A stretch of 62,628 nt of DNA, the filler included, from Chiloscyllium plagiosum (lineage: Eukaryota), in the NCBI RefSeq assembly GCF_004010195.1. It is 5 parts of one record of this genome, joined end to end, with 100 filler letters (N's around TTAATTAATTAA, not from the genome) between each part and the next. Parts side by side here need not be neighbours in the genome. Positions count along the whole stretch, not along the records: positions 1 to 12,342 come from NC_057714.1; 4 more parts are not named here. The stretch is one strand, 5' to 3'. The notes beneath the pieces were generated by a model, which saw only the letters and a program-made list of their open reading frames with translations, had not been told where the DNA came from and searched no databases. The position numbers and the translations under genes are program-made. Numbering within the stretch: position 1 is the first letter of the stretch; each line of letters opens with the position of its first letter. Positions 1-12,442 of this stretch are shown here, one piece after another.

Positions 1-250
1 ACCTGCAATCTTCTTCCTGACCTCTCCGCCCCCACCCCAGTCTGACCTATCACCCTCACCTTGACCTCTTTCCACCTATCGCATTTCTGACGCCCCTCCC
101 CCAAGTCCCTCCTCCCTACCTTTTATCTCAGCCTGCTGGACAAACTTTCCTCATTCCTGAAGAAGGGCTTATGCCCGAAACGTCGATTCTCCTGTTCCCT
201 GGATGCTGCCTGACCTGCTGCACTTTTCCAGCAACACATTTTCAGCTCTA
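1..250 (+). mobile_element. Penelope-like element family A, 3' terminal fragment
   Basis: Near-identical to the terminal repeats at 25421-25675 (inverted) and 26130-26300, which flank GIY-YIG coding sequence. Confidence 0.8.
153..188 (+). ncRNA. Minimal (short stem III) hammerhead ribozyme motif, PLE family A
   Basis: attc CTGAAGA A GGGC ttat GCCC GAA ACGT C gatt; core intact, stem I weak. Confidence 0.6.
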
Positions 251-359
251 AACTTTAAAATTTAACTTGGGGAAATAAAATACAAATAGGGTTCAATTAA
301 TTCATGTTTTCAATGTTGAGTATTCAAACTTGTGAAGCAAATTGTTACACCATGCTAAC

Positions 360-472
360 CTTTGTTTTGTGATGGCATTTTCATCATCGTCTTCGGATTT
401 TTCTTCACTTGTTGATATGCTCTTTGGATCGTGAGGATGTTCTTTGGATTTATGCTGGTCTTCTGTTTTGCT
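360..472 (-). CDS. AKAP9: Probable AKAP9 internal exon (SKTEDQHK...DENAITKQR), phase 0/2
   Basis: An in-frame acidic linker peptide follows the 952-1089 exon, with donor CAAAG|gttagc at 359. The acceptor gggacag has a weak pyrimidine tract, so the 472 boundary is uncertain. Confidence 0.6.
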
Positions 473-951
473 CTGTCCCAAGTTGTGGATTGGTAGCAAA
501 TTAACAAATGACAAAAATCCTGTCATTTTACTTTAACACTTTTCTTCCCTAAGTTCATTTCCTGATTTCATACAAACTCCAGACCCAAAGCAAATTCACA
601 TAACGTTCAATTTATCAGCTCCAAATTATGCTGAAACATGCAACGAAACAACACTGTTTTTAGCTACTTCTTTTCAATGTTTTGCAAATTTGAGACCAAT
701 GCATTACATTTGGCTTGGCAAAACAAACAGCACAGAATTAAGTCCCTCTTGTATGCTGCTATGACAACACAAGACTTCAGCTATTAATGGTGTAAACGAT
801 GCCACGCCTTTACCTGTTGAAACCAATAAATACAACAGCCCCACGAATTTTACATTCATTTGTTGACAGCATATAAGTGCTGAATTTAAATAATTGAGAA
901 ATTATTTAAAAATAAACATCAGACCTGCATTATTAGACAAGCACAATTTAC

Positions 952-1089
952 CATCTCTGTCTGTGTACTGTTGTGGATTCCCTGTGAGTGCCTTTCCTTT
1001 CCAGTTGCATTAAGACTTTTAAGCTTTTCCAATTCTGCAAACATTCTTTCATTTTCTAATGTCAGTTTCTCATTATAAATAGAACCATT
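952..1089 (-). CDS. AKAP9: AKAP9 internal coding exon (NGSIYNEKLTLENERMFAELEKLK...NSTQTEM), 138 nt, phase 0/0
   Basis: Acceptor tttatttacag and donor ATG|gtaaat. The peptide resembles AKAP9 RSSIDNENLVSERERVLLEELEALK...NSSTQT. Confidence 0.85.
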
Positions 1090-1479
1090 CTGTAAATAAA
1101 TAAAATGTGAAAAAATTCTAGTGAACATTAAATTGGTCCAATATTTTATCAATTAACATTCAAGCGTCAAATTATATTGACTGCATACTAATTTTATTTA
1201 AAACCAGATACAGGGTTTAAAAGTGAAAGAAATGGAAACATTTATTTTAGCATTTTTGATTGTTAATCAAAGGTATTGTTGAGAACTGACACTTTTTTTT
1301 AAGTCATACAGGGCTGAGACAGAGTAGATGGACAGAAACTGCTCTAAAGGATCAAGGACCTAGGCACATCAACTGGCTGGCAAAAGAATTAATGGCGACA
1401 TGAAGAAAAATTTTTATGCAGCAAATAGTTAGAATCTAGAATATATCAACTGCGGTGCAAGTAGTCACAATTAGCGTTT

Positions 1480-2210
1480 TCACAATGAGATTGATAAGCA
1501 ACCACGAGAATGAATTCCACAGTACTGCAATTTTATTATCCACTCTAGTAGGAAAAACAGAACGGCAGAATTGTATTCAAATGGTGATAAACTGGGAAAT
1601 GTTGATGTACAAAGGGAACTGGATGGCCTTGTTCATCAGTCACTGAAAACATGCATACAGATGCAGCAAGCAGTTAGAAAGGCAAATATATTAGCGTTCA
1701 TTACAAGGGAATTTGAGTGAAAGAGCAAGGGTGTCTTGCTGAATCTGTACTTGACCTTGGTGAGATCATACCTGGAGTATTGTCAGTAGTTTTGGTGCCT
1801 TTATCTAAGCCCATTTAAGCCAGAAAATGTATATTTTAATAGTGATAGTCTGTTCAGTGAATTGAGGTCAAGAATTAAAACTGCACAAGACAGAGTTATC
1901 AACAAATTCAACAGGTTGATTCCTGGGGTGCCAGGTTTGTTCTGAGAGATTGTGTCAACTAGGCCTGCGTTCACTGGAGTTTAGTAGAATGATAGAGGGT
2001 TTTGTTGAAATGTATTATTCTGACAGGACTGTACAGACTGGATCTGGGGATGGTGTTCCACTTGCTGTGTGTTGACTGTGTGCTCTAGAATCAAGGGCCA
2101 CAGTCACAGGATACAGGGTGTATCATTTAGGACAGAAATGAGGATTTCTTCACTCAGATTGTGGTGACCCTGTGAAATTCTCCACCATATGAGTTATGGA
2201 GAGCATGTAT
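1480..2210 (+). mobile_element. Old CR1-clade LINE, 3' part of ORF2 (degenerate)
   Basis: Degenerate match to the CR1 3' region seen elsewhere in the window (…ttggtgagatcatacctggagtattg… = LVRPHLEYC). Confidence 0.65.
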
Positions 2211-2831
2211 GGGACCTTTAAAGTGAAATTATGTTTAATTAATTTGCTTGAGTTTTTATTGAGATAATGTAACAGAGGATTGATGAGGATAATGTTGTTG
2301 TCATGCTGTTCATCGACTTCTAAAGGTACTTAATAAAGTGACTCATAGCGGAACTGGTTAAAATCAATCATACATCTTAAATTCAGCAAAACAAATCTCA
2401 GACAACAACAAGACTGAGTGATGAGCAAATATTATTGGTAAATAGTTGCTTTATGGAGTGGAGAAAGGTTTATAATAAATTTCCCAGGGATAGTTTCAGC
2501 AATCCTTGAAATCCCTAATCAATGATTTGAGTCAATTGAAACTTCCAAAAGAATTGAATTGTCTGAGAAGGAAATGTTTCCAGAGGAACAGAGAAATGGC
2601 AGGGCAGTGGCATTATGTCAGCATTCAAAATATGCCACTGGAAGGTTGGGGGTGAATTTGCACCTGAAATCCCAAAATACCCAAGACCATTCAGCCACAG
2701 GAAAGACCAATTAAGAAAAATTGATCCAATATGAAATCTTCCATACTGCTTCTCCCTCAAATTGATGCTGAGAGTGATAGGGAGGGGATGAGGGAGGAAG
2801 GCTGCAAGGGAGAGGAGGAGAGAGTGAAATC

Positions 2832-2860
2832 CAGAGAGAGAGAGAGAGAGAGAGAGAGAG
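2832..2860 (+). repeat. (GA)n microsatellite within a purine-rich tract (2775-3110)
   Basis: About 14 consecutive AG units. Confidence 0.9.
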
Positions 2861-4773
2861 CGGGAGGACAAGAAATAATGAAGGGATAGCGTGAAAGGCA
2901 GGGAGGGAGACTGCAAGGGAAGGGGAGAGAAAGAAAGGGAGGCAAGGAGAGACTAGACAGGAGGATGTAAGCAGCAGAGAAAATCAAGGAGAGGCTCCAA
3001 GAGTGTATGAGGCAGATTCTGAAAGATGTGAGGAGGAAGACAGAGGCAGACTGGGGAAAAAGTGGTTGGCAAGCTCTAAGTGAGATGGTCTGAGGAGGAA
3101 AGCTTCAAAAGAGAACAGTTTTGAACCTGTCAATAAAGAAAGACTTCATTAACTTGGCAAAAAGCAACTTGAAAGTACTGCAAGTGAATTCCAGCTTTGT
3201 CAATCCTTGATGGTTGGGTACAAGTTGTGGCTTCATCAATCTCCAAAAGATGTCTTTAGGCTGATGACTTTCTGTGTGTAATAGTCTTTGCCAGTTCTTT
3301 TGAGCAAGAAGATTTTAATTTATGCCTGTTGCTTTGTGCTAAAAACTGTGCTGTATAAGGAAACAATGCTTTTCCTTTGTACAATATTGTAACTTTACAT
3401 TTAATAGAAGGTTGATAATCATTGAGGATATCAATGAATCCTTTTAATTCTGCCTTTGTACAGATCCGAAGACCATATATACTGCATATCAACAGACATA
3501 CAGAAGGTATTGTTATTATGTAAATACATCACCTAGTAAATATGGAGCTAGAAGGGAAACAAAGTACCTAGAAACCTAATTGTTTCCTTAAAGAAAAACA
3601 CAGAGTAAGCAAAAAATAAATCATTGGTGCCCTGCATTAGGTGAATGGCTCCTTTAGAGGGCCAGCACAAACACAATGAGCTGTAAGCCTCTTCGAGCTG
3701 TAATAATTCAATGGCTCAATGAGGGTCAATTAAATATTAGTGCAACATTTGAGTGAACAAATTGTTGCAGCAGAAACTGTTCCTCGCAAAGAAGAAATTA
3801 GAGGCTGCTTAATGGTAAAAACATGCAGAAAATAAGAGACAATCTGTTAACAAAAGTAACAGTAATTGTGGAATGTCAAAGTTTGGGCGAATTTGGTCAT
3901 AGGCCTATTGGTTAGATAAGAGAAAGTCTCAGCTAAGGATAAGGTTCTAATACTAAATTATAGTCATGAGATAATATACATGCAACCTCGAGTTAAGTTT
4001 TTACAGGATCAGTGCTGGAAAGATACAAGCTAAATATAATCTGTGTGACTGCAGTAGAAATTTCTAACAGCCACACAACTAGAGATGGATGTAATGTATC
4101 ACAAAGGAATAATACAATGCTGGATTCAATGCTATTCAATCATGATGTGAAAAGTCATGATGAAGAGAAAGCATGGGAAACAGTTCCAAGATGGAAGTCA
4201 TTCTGCACAATGTAATTTAGAGAAAAAAAAAATCAGATCTTACAGAGCACCCTGAAGAATTATGACATTTAGACCTTGATGTTTGTGCTAAGCTTATTTA
4301 GTATAATATGCAAGGGTAAAGATAAAGGCCAGAAAATGGGAAATAGAGAAATTGAACAGAGGTCTAAAAAGAGATCAGGATCGTGGCTGCAAATAATACA
4401 AAAATATGCAGCAAAAAAAATCTGATTGATCTCTCTTCACTCACCATGACCCTCACTAAAGAAGTAAATGTATCATACACAAGTTCTCCCAAATTTCTGT
4501 TTTTATTGGTTCTTTAGGTATTTTTTTAAAATATAATTTCCACAAAACTTTTCAATCTAAAATTGCAACCCAATTTCTTTCTTATTCATATATAAACATC
4601 TCCATCTCATCCTTTCAGTACTTTTGTTGATTTTCAGATGTCCTACATTCAGATTTCTAGGACCCTTTTTAACTCGGTTTAATATATATTGATATTGTGT
4701 TAGTGCCTACATTCCATCTTTATAAACTGGGTACATATTATTCTCAATCTGCATCCTGTTAATTTATTCTCAC

Positions 4774-4938
4774 CTCTGCAAGTTGCTTCTTCAGTTTTTC
4801 CACCTCAGCCAACAATTGCTCTTGTTCATCATGCAGTCGTTCTAGCTGTAGTGCATGAAATTGTCGTAAAGCTTCTACTGATTGCTGATGTTCCTGATCT
4901 TGTCGAACAAGCTCCTGCCTTAAGTCCTCTAAACTCTC
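4774..4938 (-). CDS. AKAP9: AKAP9 internal coding exon (ESLEDLRQELVRQDQEHQQ...KQLAE), 165 nt, phase 0/0
   Basis: Acceptor cttgctcacag and donor GAG|gtgaga. The peptide resembles AKAP9 EQLEDMRQELVRQYQEHQQATELLRQAH...EQLQEEIKRLNRQLAQ. Confidence 0.92.
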
Positions 4939-5339
4939 CTGTGAGCAAGTTGGAAAAAGGTGAGGCTGCAATTTATTTTCTGTTTGTAAAGTATATCATT
5001 CATCCAAAATGTCATATTGCAACATTACCATTCTACTGCAGATGTTTTAGTGCTTCTGAATAAATACTGCTTAAATATATTCTCAGACTGTGCGTTTAAA
5101 TTCTTATTTAATTTTTCTTTAAAATTTATCAGAAAGTACATGAGAATCAGACAGCTCTTTAAACACTGTCTCAAGAAATCTTAACTAGTCCAGGTGTTCC
5201 TATACTCAAAAGTGAGAAAGTACTCCAATTGATTACGGGAAAATGCTTAGCGCTAAGGACAGAACTCCCAATTTCCTGTAACAATCAAGCATGTCCGAGT
5301 GCACTGCATTTTGTGTTCAACTTACCAAAGAATTAAGAG

Positions 5340-6038
5340 ATCATAGAGTCATACAGCACTGATACAGACTTTTCAGTCCAACTTGTTCATGCCAACCAGG
5401 TTTCCTAAAGTGAACTATTCATTTGCTTGCATTTAGGCCATATCCCTCAAAACCTTTCTTATCCACATACTTGTCCAAATGTCTCTTAAATGTTGTATTT
5501 GTACTCATTTCTATCATTTCCTCTGGCAGTTTATTCCATATACGCACCACCCTTTGTGGGAAAAAGTTGACACTCTTTCCCCTCTCACCTTAAACCTATG
5601 GTCTCTAGTTTTGGACTCCCCTAACCTGGGGAAAAGACCTTGGCTATTCAGCTTATCTATGGTTCTCATGATTTTCTAAACCTTAATAGGTTCACCATTC
5701 AGGCCCATACTGTCCAGGAAGGAAAAAAAGACCAAGCCTGTCCCTCTAACTCAAACCCTGCAGTCGAGGTAACATCCTTGTAGATCTTTTCTGCACCCTT
5801 TCCAGTTTAATGACATCCTTCCTAAAGTAGGGCAATCAGAAATGTACATAGTACTCCAAACATGTCCTCACCAATGTCTTGTACAGCTGCAATATGATGT
5901 CCCACCTCCTATTATTCAATTCATGAAGGCAAATGTGCCAAATGCCTTCTTTACCACCCTCTTTATCTGTGACCCAACTTTCAAGGAATTATGTATCTGA
6001 ACCCCTAGGTCTCTCTCTTTGACAACACTTCCCAGGGT
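5340..6038 (-). mobile_element. CR1/HER1-type LINE 3' fragment
   Basis: Reverse complement of the CR1 3' end, with the (gactctat)n tail appearing as gagtcatagagtcata. Confidence 0.8.
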
Positions 6039-6461
6039 CAAGATTAGAGTGGTGCTGGAAAAGCACAGTGGATCAGGCAGCATCCGAGGAGCAGGAAAAT
6101 CGACCTTTTGGGCAGGAGCCCTGGCTTATTTGGAGAATTACCCCACGAAGGCAATTGCAAAGTCTTGTTGTTGGTGTCCAGTCCAGATGCCCCAGAGAGT
6201 GGGGTGGGTGTATATGGAGTTGGGGGTGTGTGTGGGTGACGATGTTGGAGGGGCAGTGTTGCACGGGGTCAAGGGTGGGGGCGGTGTTGGGGGCAGGGCC
6301 TCGCGCATTGTGGCCTGCTGCAGTCTCCTGAATGGGGAGCAGACTTTAAAAACTCCTGAGCCCCAGAGGAAAGGCATTTAATCGATTAACTGAATAATCG
6401 ATTATCCGAATGAAATAGTGCCTGCCCATCAGGTTCAGATAATTGAGGTTCCCCCTGTATA

Positions 6462-8770
6462 GGCTGGGTGGGGAATTTCAATGTTCACAAACAAGAGGGG
6501 CGCACGAGCAGCACTACTGATTGAGCTGGTCAGTTCCAAAAGGATATAGCTACTAGACTGGGTTTGCAGCAGATGATGAAGGAACCACGAGGGGGAAAAA
6601 GTGCTGGTTGCAGATCCATCTAACCAGTAAGAGTGACCACTGCACAGTCCTTATGGAGATGAAGTCCCACCTTCCCACTGAGAATAAGCTCCATGATGTT
6701 GTGTGGCACTATCACCATCGTAAACGGGAGAGATTTCGAATAGATCTAGCAACTGAAGATTGGATACCCATGAAATTGGATCAACAGCAGCAGAAATGTA
6801 CTTCAACACAATCTGTAACCTCATGGCCTGGCAAATCCCCAACTCAACTATTACTATCAAGCCAGGGGATGAACTTTGCTTCAATGAAGAGTGCAACAGG
6901 GCACACCAGGAGCAGCATCAGGCATACCTGAAAACGAGGTGTCAACCTGATGAAGCTACCAAACAGAATTACCAAATAGCGTAAGCAGCAAGTAATATTC
7001 AGAGCTAGCGACCCCACAACCAGGAGATCAAATCTAAGCTCTGCAATCCTGGCATATCCAATAGCAAATGGTGATGATCAATTAAACAACTTATTGGAGG
7101 AGACGACTCCACAAGTATCTCTCAATGACGAAAGAGCCCAGCACATCAGTTCAAAAGGTAAGGTTTAAGCATTTGTAGCAATCTTCTACCAAAACTGCCC
7201 TGTGGATAATCCATCTTGGCCTCTGCCAGTGGTCCCCAATATTACAGATACCAATCAGATCTTCAGATACAGATGTTTAACCAATTTGATTCACTCCATA
7301 TGATATCAAGAAATAGTTGGAGGCACTGGATACTGCCCTGACATGGGCCCTGGCAACATTCCAGCAATAGTACTGAAGGCTTGTGCTCCAGAACTTGCCC
7401 AGGTATGTGTCATACATAAAAAGCAGGACAATCCAACCCGGCCAATAACCACCCCATCAGTTTGTTCTTGATCATCAGTAAAGGGATGGAAAGTGTCATC
7501 GACAATGCTAGCAAGCAGCACCTGCTCAGCAATAACTCGCTCAGTGACACCCAGTTTAGGTTCCACCAGGGCCACTCATTACAACCTTGGTTCAAACATG
7601 GATAAAATTAATTGAATTGCAGAGGTGAGATGACAGTGATAGCCCTTGACACCAAGACTGCATTCGATCAAGTATGGCATCAAGGAACCCTGGAATCAAA
7701 TCTATCAGGAGACAAATACTCCACTGATTGGAGTCATACCTGGTAAATAAAATGATAGTCGTTGTTTTTGAAGGTCAGTCATATCAGCTCCAGGACCTCT
7801 CTGCAGGAGTTCGTCAGGGTAGTGTCCTAGGTCCAACCAACTTCAGCTGCTTTATCAATGACCTTCTCTCTATATAAGGTCAAAAGTGGGGATGTTCGCC
7901 AATGATTGCACAGTTGTCAACACCATGCAACTCCTCAGATAATGAAATAGCACATGTTCAAATACACTAAGATCTGGACAATATAAAGACTTTGGCTGAC
8001 AAGTGCCAAGTAAGATAAATAGCCACACAAATGCCAGGTTATGACCATCACCAATAAAAAACAATCCAACTATTGACTTTTGAAATTCAATGGTGTTACC
8101 ATCACTGAATACCCCACTATCAACATCCTGGGGAGTTACCATTGACCAGAAATTCAACTGATCTTTCCATATAAATACAACAGCTGTAAGAGCAGGTGAG
8201 AGGCGAAGAATACTGCAGCGAGTAACTTACCACCCGACTCTGTAAAGATAGCCCACCATCTACAAGGTGCAAGTCAGGACGTGGAATACTCCCCATTTGC
8301 CTGGATGGGTGCAAGTCCAACAACACTCAAGAAGCTTGACACCATCCAAAACAAAGCAGCCAGCTTGATTGGCACCACACCCACAAACATCCACTCATCA
8401 CACCACCGATGCTCAGTAGCAGCATTGTCTACAAGATGCACTGCAGAAGCTCATTAAAGATCCTCAGACAGCACCTTCCAACACTACCATCTTGAAGTAC
8501 AAGGGAAACAAATATATGGGAACACCACCAGCTTTAACTTTCCCTCCAAGCCACTCCTCATCCTGATTTGGAAATATATTGCCGTTCCTGAACTGTTATT
8601 CAGTCATACCCTGGAATTCCCTTCCTACTGGCATTGTGGGTCAACCCACACAAGTGGAATGCAGTGGTTCAAGAAGGCAGCTCACCACCACCTCTCAAGG
8701 GCAACTAGAGATGGGCAATAAAAGCTATTCATCCAGCAATGCCACAATCCCACAAATGAATTTTAAAAAT
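6462..8770 (+). mobile_element. Degenerate LINE (CR1/L2 group) ORF2: endonuclease end, RT and 3' UTR
   Basis: Frameshifted remnants: SDH endonuclease motif, KPGD..FNEECNRA, tttaggttcc (GFR region), gcattcgatcaagtatggcat (AFDxVWH), cagggtagtgtcctaggtcca (QGSVLGP) and ttcgccaatgat (FAND, a degenerate FADD). Confidence 0.8.
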
Positions 8771-9071
8771 TAACTGATTCATGAAAACATGATGGCACCA
8801 AATACACCAACAAAACAGGTAGGACATGAATAAATATAAACCTATTCATATGTTCATACAGGCACAAAGTTACATTATCAGCATGCTGTACTCAAAACAT
8901 GTGGCCCAAAAATTGAATATTGTACAATGTCTGTTATGATATTTTGAATATAAGGTTAAGCTATTTGATAAGGCACTGAATCTGATCTGAGCTCTGCTAT
9001 AACATACATGGAAGTGCTAGAGGAACTGCTACAAGATTTTCATTATTTATTCCAGAGAAGTGGAAACTCAC

Positions 9072-9539
9072 CTGTGCGACTTCATGCATCGTTAATTCAG
9101 TATCTTCTACTTTACACTCACTGCTAAGTTCCTTCAAATTCAGACTTGAATGATCTTGAACATAAGAATGTTTGTACAATTGCTGGTTAGCTTTCAAAAC
9201 CTCTTCGTGCAAAGCCACATCCGTAACTATACCAACATTTTCAAATTTATATTCTGTCTTGTAATTCTCCAATTGCCTTTGAAGAGCTTGAATTTCAGCT
9301 TCCTTTTGTTTCAAGGAATTCTGAAGTTTCTCTTTTTCTTCTGAAAACAGATTTTCTAATCTTTTTCTGTCTGCATCAAATTGAATCTGGAGATCTTGTT
9401 TCAGAGTACTCAACCTCTGCTCCACTTCCTTCTCTAATTCTTCACTTATTTTACATGGATTAGGATCTTCTTGAAGGTTCCTTGTCATCTTGGCCATCTC
9501 TGTCTGCTGAGCAAACTGTACAGACATGTGTACGATCAC
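9072..9539 (-). CDS. AKAP9: AKAP9 internal coding exon (VIVHMSVQFAQQTE...MHEVAQ), 468 nt, phase 0/0
   Basis: Acceptor ttattttgtag at 9540-41 and donor CAG|gtgagt at 9071. The peptide is coiled-coil-like and its N-terminal motif matches AKAP9. Confidence 0.9.
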
Positions 9540-9615
9540 CTACAAAATAATTGAAAATACACTGGACTAAAATACCGATTTAAAAACCATCTCAGAGTCA
9601 TACATCATAAAGCAA

Positions 9616-9839
9616 GTTTAAAAATCACACAACACCAGGTTATGGTCCAACAGATTTATTTGGAAACACTAGCTTTTGAAGTGCTGCTTCTTCATCAGGT
9701 GGTTACAGGTGGTACAATTACCTGATGAAGAAACAGTGTTTCGAAAGCTAGTGCTTCCAAATAAATCTATTGGACTGTAACCTGGTGTTGTGTGATTTTT
9801 AACTTTGTCCAGCCCAGTCCAAGGCCTGCTCCTCCAACT
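9616..9839. mobile_element. Fold-back mini element of PLE family B (two inverted terminal repeats, no coding sequence)
   Basis: Inverted arms of about 85 bp (9616-9701 / 9720-9803). Flanked by catcataaagcaa (9603-9615) and catcataaatcaa (9840-9852), a probable 13-bp TSD. Confidence 0.8.
9719..9753 (+). ncRNA. Minimal hammerhead ribozyme motif, PLE family B
   Basis: tac CTGATGA A GAAAC agt GTTTC GAA AGCT A gtg; intact core and perfect 5-bp stem II. Confidence 0.65.
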
Positions 9840-10104
9840 CATCATAAATCAAACAACTTTAATATTTCTATTGTTTCATAGCAAACATTTCTGACATTCT
9901 CAAAGTCAAAAGCAGCGCAGTTTCAGCTACTGCTAATTGTCATTTTAGACTCGTGACTATGCTGTAGTGAGAGAATTATAAGGCAAGGGAAAAATAGACT
10001 GCAGATTACTAGTACAGGGAACTTTAAAACCAACCTCTCCAATTCATGTCAAACCACTAATTTTACTAAATCTTTTGCATTGTGCCATATTCTTTAGTAT
10101 TTAC

Positions 10105-10470
10105 CTTAGCTATTTCTTCCTGCATGCGTTTTTCGTACTGTTCCTTTTGAAGATGTATAACTTGATGAGATTCACTCTTTTGTTCTTCATTCTCTTGCAA
10201 TACATCTGTTAGAATAACTTCATTCAGGACCCTGAAAGTAGGATCTCCTCCAGCATATTGAATTGACTCCTCTCCAAATATTCCCACTCCTTGATTATAC
10301 TGTGTTCTTATTTCAGTTTCCACGTGCTCCAATTTGTGATTGTGTTGTTCCTTCATATCAGAACTTTCCTCTTTATTCATGGCACACACATTTTTTCCCA
10401 AACATTGCAGCTGTTGTGAAAGATCAAGCTGTTTCATGTTCCTTTGAGTGACCCCAAACTTTTCCTCATC
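10105..10470 (-). CDS. AKAP9: AKAP9 internal coding exon (DEEKFG...KRMQEEIAK), 366 nt, phase 0/0
   Basis: Acceptor tttttccacatag at 10471-72 and donor AAG|gtaaat at 10104. The exon is open and E/Q/K-rich. It ends in MQEEIAK, which joins VIVHMSVQFAQQTE of the next exon and resembles AKAP9/yotiao EEVAKVIVSMSIAFAQQTE. Confidence 0.85.
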
Positions 10471-11956
10471 CTATGTGGAAAAAAAAGTTACTCCATTAGC
10501 TCATTTGTCTGGTGTTTTAGTGCTCATGATGCATTTTACAAAACTGATACTTAAATAAAGTTGTCAAGGGTCTAAGTATTGATTTAAACTATTTCATTTT
10601 CCAAGTTGATAGTCTGTTATATTAACACTGAGTCATTAGAAGCAGCACAATATTATCCTCACAAGTTAGACTACCTAACAGAAATGTAACGCCAAAGCCA
10701 CAACAACCAATCTGAAACATATAATTTTACTAATCATTTGGTTAACCGTTTAGTAAATGCTTTCGTAACATAGGTTAACCAAAATATACACCATATAATA
10801 GCTTCATTTACACTTAAGAGCAATTATTAACTCGACACAGCAAAATTGCTAATGCACATTATCCACAGCCACAGGAATTCAGTTGCCAAAACTATTGCTG
10901 CTCTTAACAGAAAAAAAAGCATTGAATTATAGCCTTTGTTTATCTTCTTGCTAGCTTGGGCTAGCAAGTGGCAGCTGACATTTTTTGCCAACTGATGACC
11001 AGCTTTAACATAAAAGCCCAGCCTTCTGTTCCTGGAAAAGACAAGTTAATCTATTCAGATCAACTGGAAATTAATCATAAATGGGGTTCTACCAGCATTG
11101 CCCACATAGGGAAAGCATCAGAACATATGGTAGATTCTCATCACTGGGACACCCTTTGGTGCAGAACGGTTGCTGTATTTTCCCACAAAACTTCACCTCA
11201 AACGTAATTCAACCTGTGGAGCATTTTAAGACAATCAAGCGCAATAAAATCCTGCACATATTTGGAAGGTCAAGCACAAGACATTCTGTCTTGAACAAGC
11301 AATTATTATCTTGTAACAAAAACCATTCACCACGATAGCACCATTTCCAAACTAAAGTGCAAGATTTATGAAAATCCTACCTACATACCCACCTCAAGGT
11401 GGCCTGGAGAGTCATAGGAACAGGGGTAGGCCATTCAGCACCTCAAGGCTGTTCCGTCATTTAATTAGATCATAGCTGATCTGTGGACTAACTCCATATA
11501 TAGGCAGTCCTTGCATTACAAATGGGTTATATTCTTGAGTCTGTTCGCTAGTCACTTTGGACACAAATCAGAACACAATGCAGGGAAATATAAAATAGCT
11601 GTTCACAAGTAGAAGGAAATGCTCACATGTTGGATTTTTAATATTAATTTACTTCCTTATGTGATCACGTTCAAAAGTATGAGCATTTGTAAGTCAGCCA
11701 CTCAAATTGGGGAAACCCTTTACCTGCCTTTGGCCCATATCTCTTCAACCATTGTTTAACAAAAAATTTATTTGTCTCAGATTGAAAATTAACAACTAAT
11801 TGAGCATTAACAGCCATTGATGGAAGAGTGTTCCAAACCTATACCACCCTTTGTTTTAGAAGTGCTCCCTAACATCTTTCCTGAATGATCTGATCCTTAA
11901 ATTTTAGACTGTGTCCCATAGTTCTAGAATCTTCCAGCCAGTGGAAATAGTTTATC

Positions 11957-12342
11957 TTTTTTTTATAGATATTTTTATTAGAAATTTAACATTTTTACAA
12001 GTTTACAAAAATAAACAAAACTCTCAGATATAAACATTGATATACAATTAGCTCAAATATACAATAGCCAAAATTTGACAAAAAAAACAAAACAACAAAA
12101 AAAAACGAAAAGAAAAAAAAAACAAAACTCAACTATCTACTAATCTAACCTACAACTAACCAGGGTGTATATTTAACTCTCTTACATGCTCGGGATGTGT
12201 TAGCATCAGATATGATAAAACCCGTATTCGTGCGGGATTCCTCCCCCGAGGGGCCGCGGACCAGCCAGGTTTGTAATCTCAATTAAATAAAAGCCCTTGT
12301 TAGGATAGCTGAAATATCTGTATTTATGTAATTCAAAAAGGG
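11957..12342 (-). mobile_element. L1-clade LINE 3' end (end of ORF2, 3' UTR, polyA), inserted in an old CR1
   Basis: The minus strand reads PFLNYINTDISAILTRAFI*, then a T-rich UTR, AATAAA and an A-tail; truncated by the linker. Confidence 0.6.
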
Positions 12343-12442
12343 NNNNNNNNNNNNNNNNNNNNNNNNNNNNNNNNNNNNNNNNNNNNTTAATTAATTAANN
12401 NNNNNNNNNNNNNNNNNNNNNNNNNNNNNNNNNNNNNNNNNN
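12343..12442. other. Artificial scaffold/contig linker (44N-TTAATTAATTAA-44N)
   Basis: Exactly 100 bp, with a six-frame stop 12-mer in the middle; the same linker occurs four times. Confidence 0.97.

Noticed and set aside
2515..2987. Hydrophobic Ser/Leu-rich ORFs
   Set aside because: Produced by the (GA)n and purine-rich low-complexity tract.
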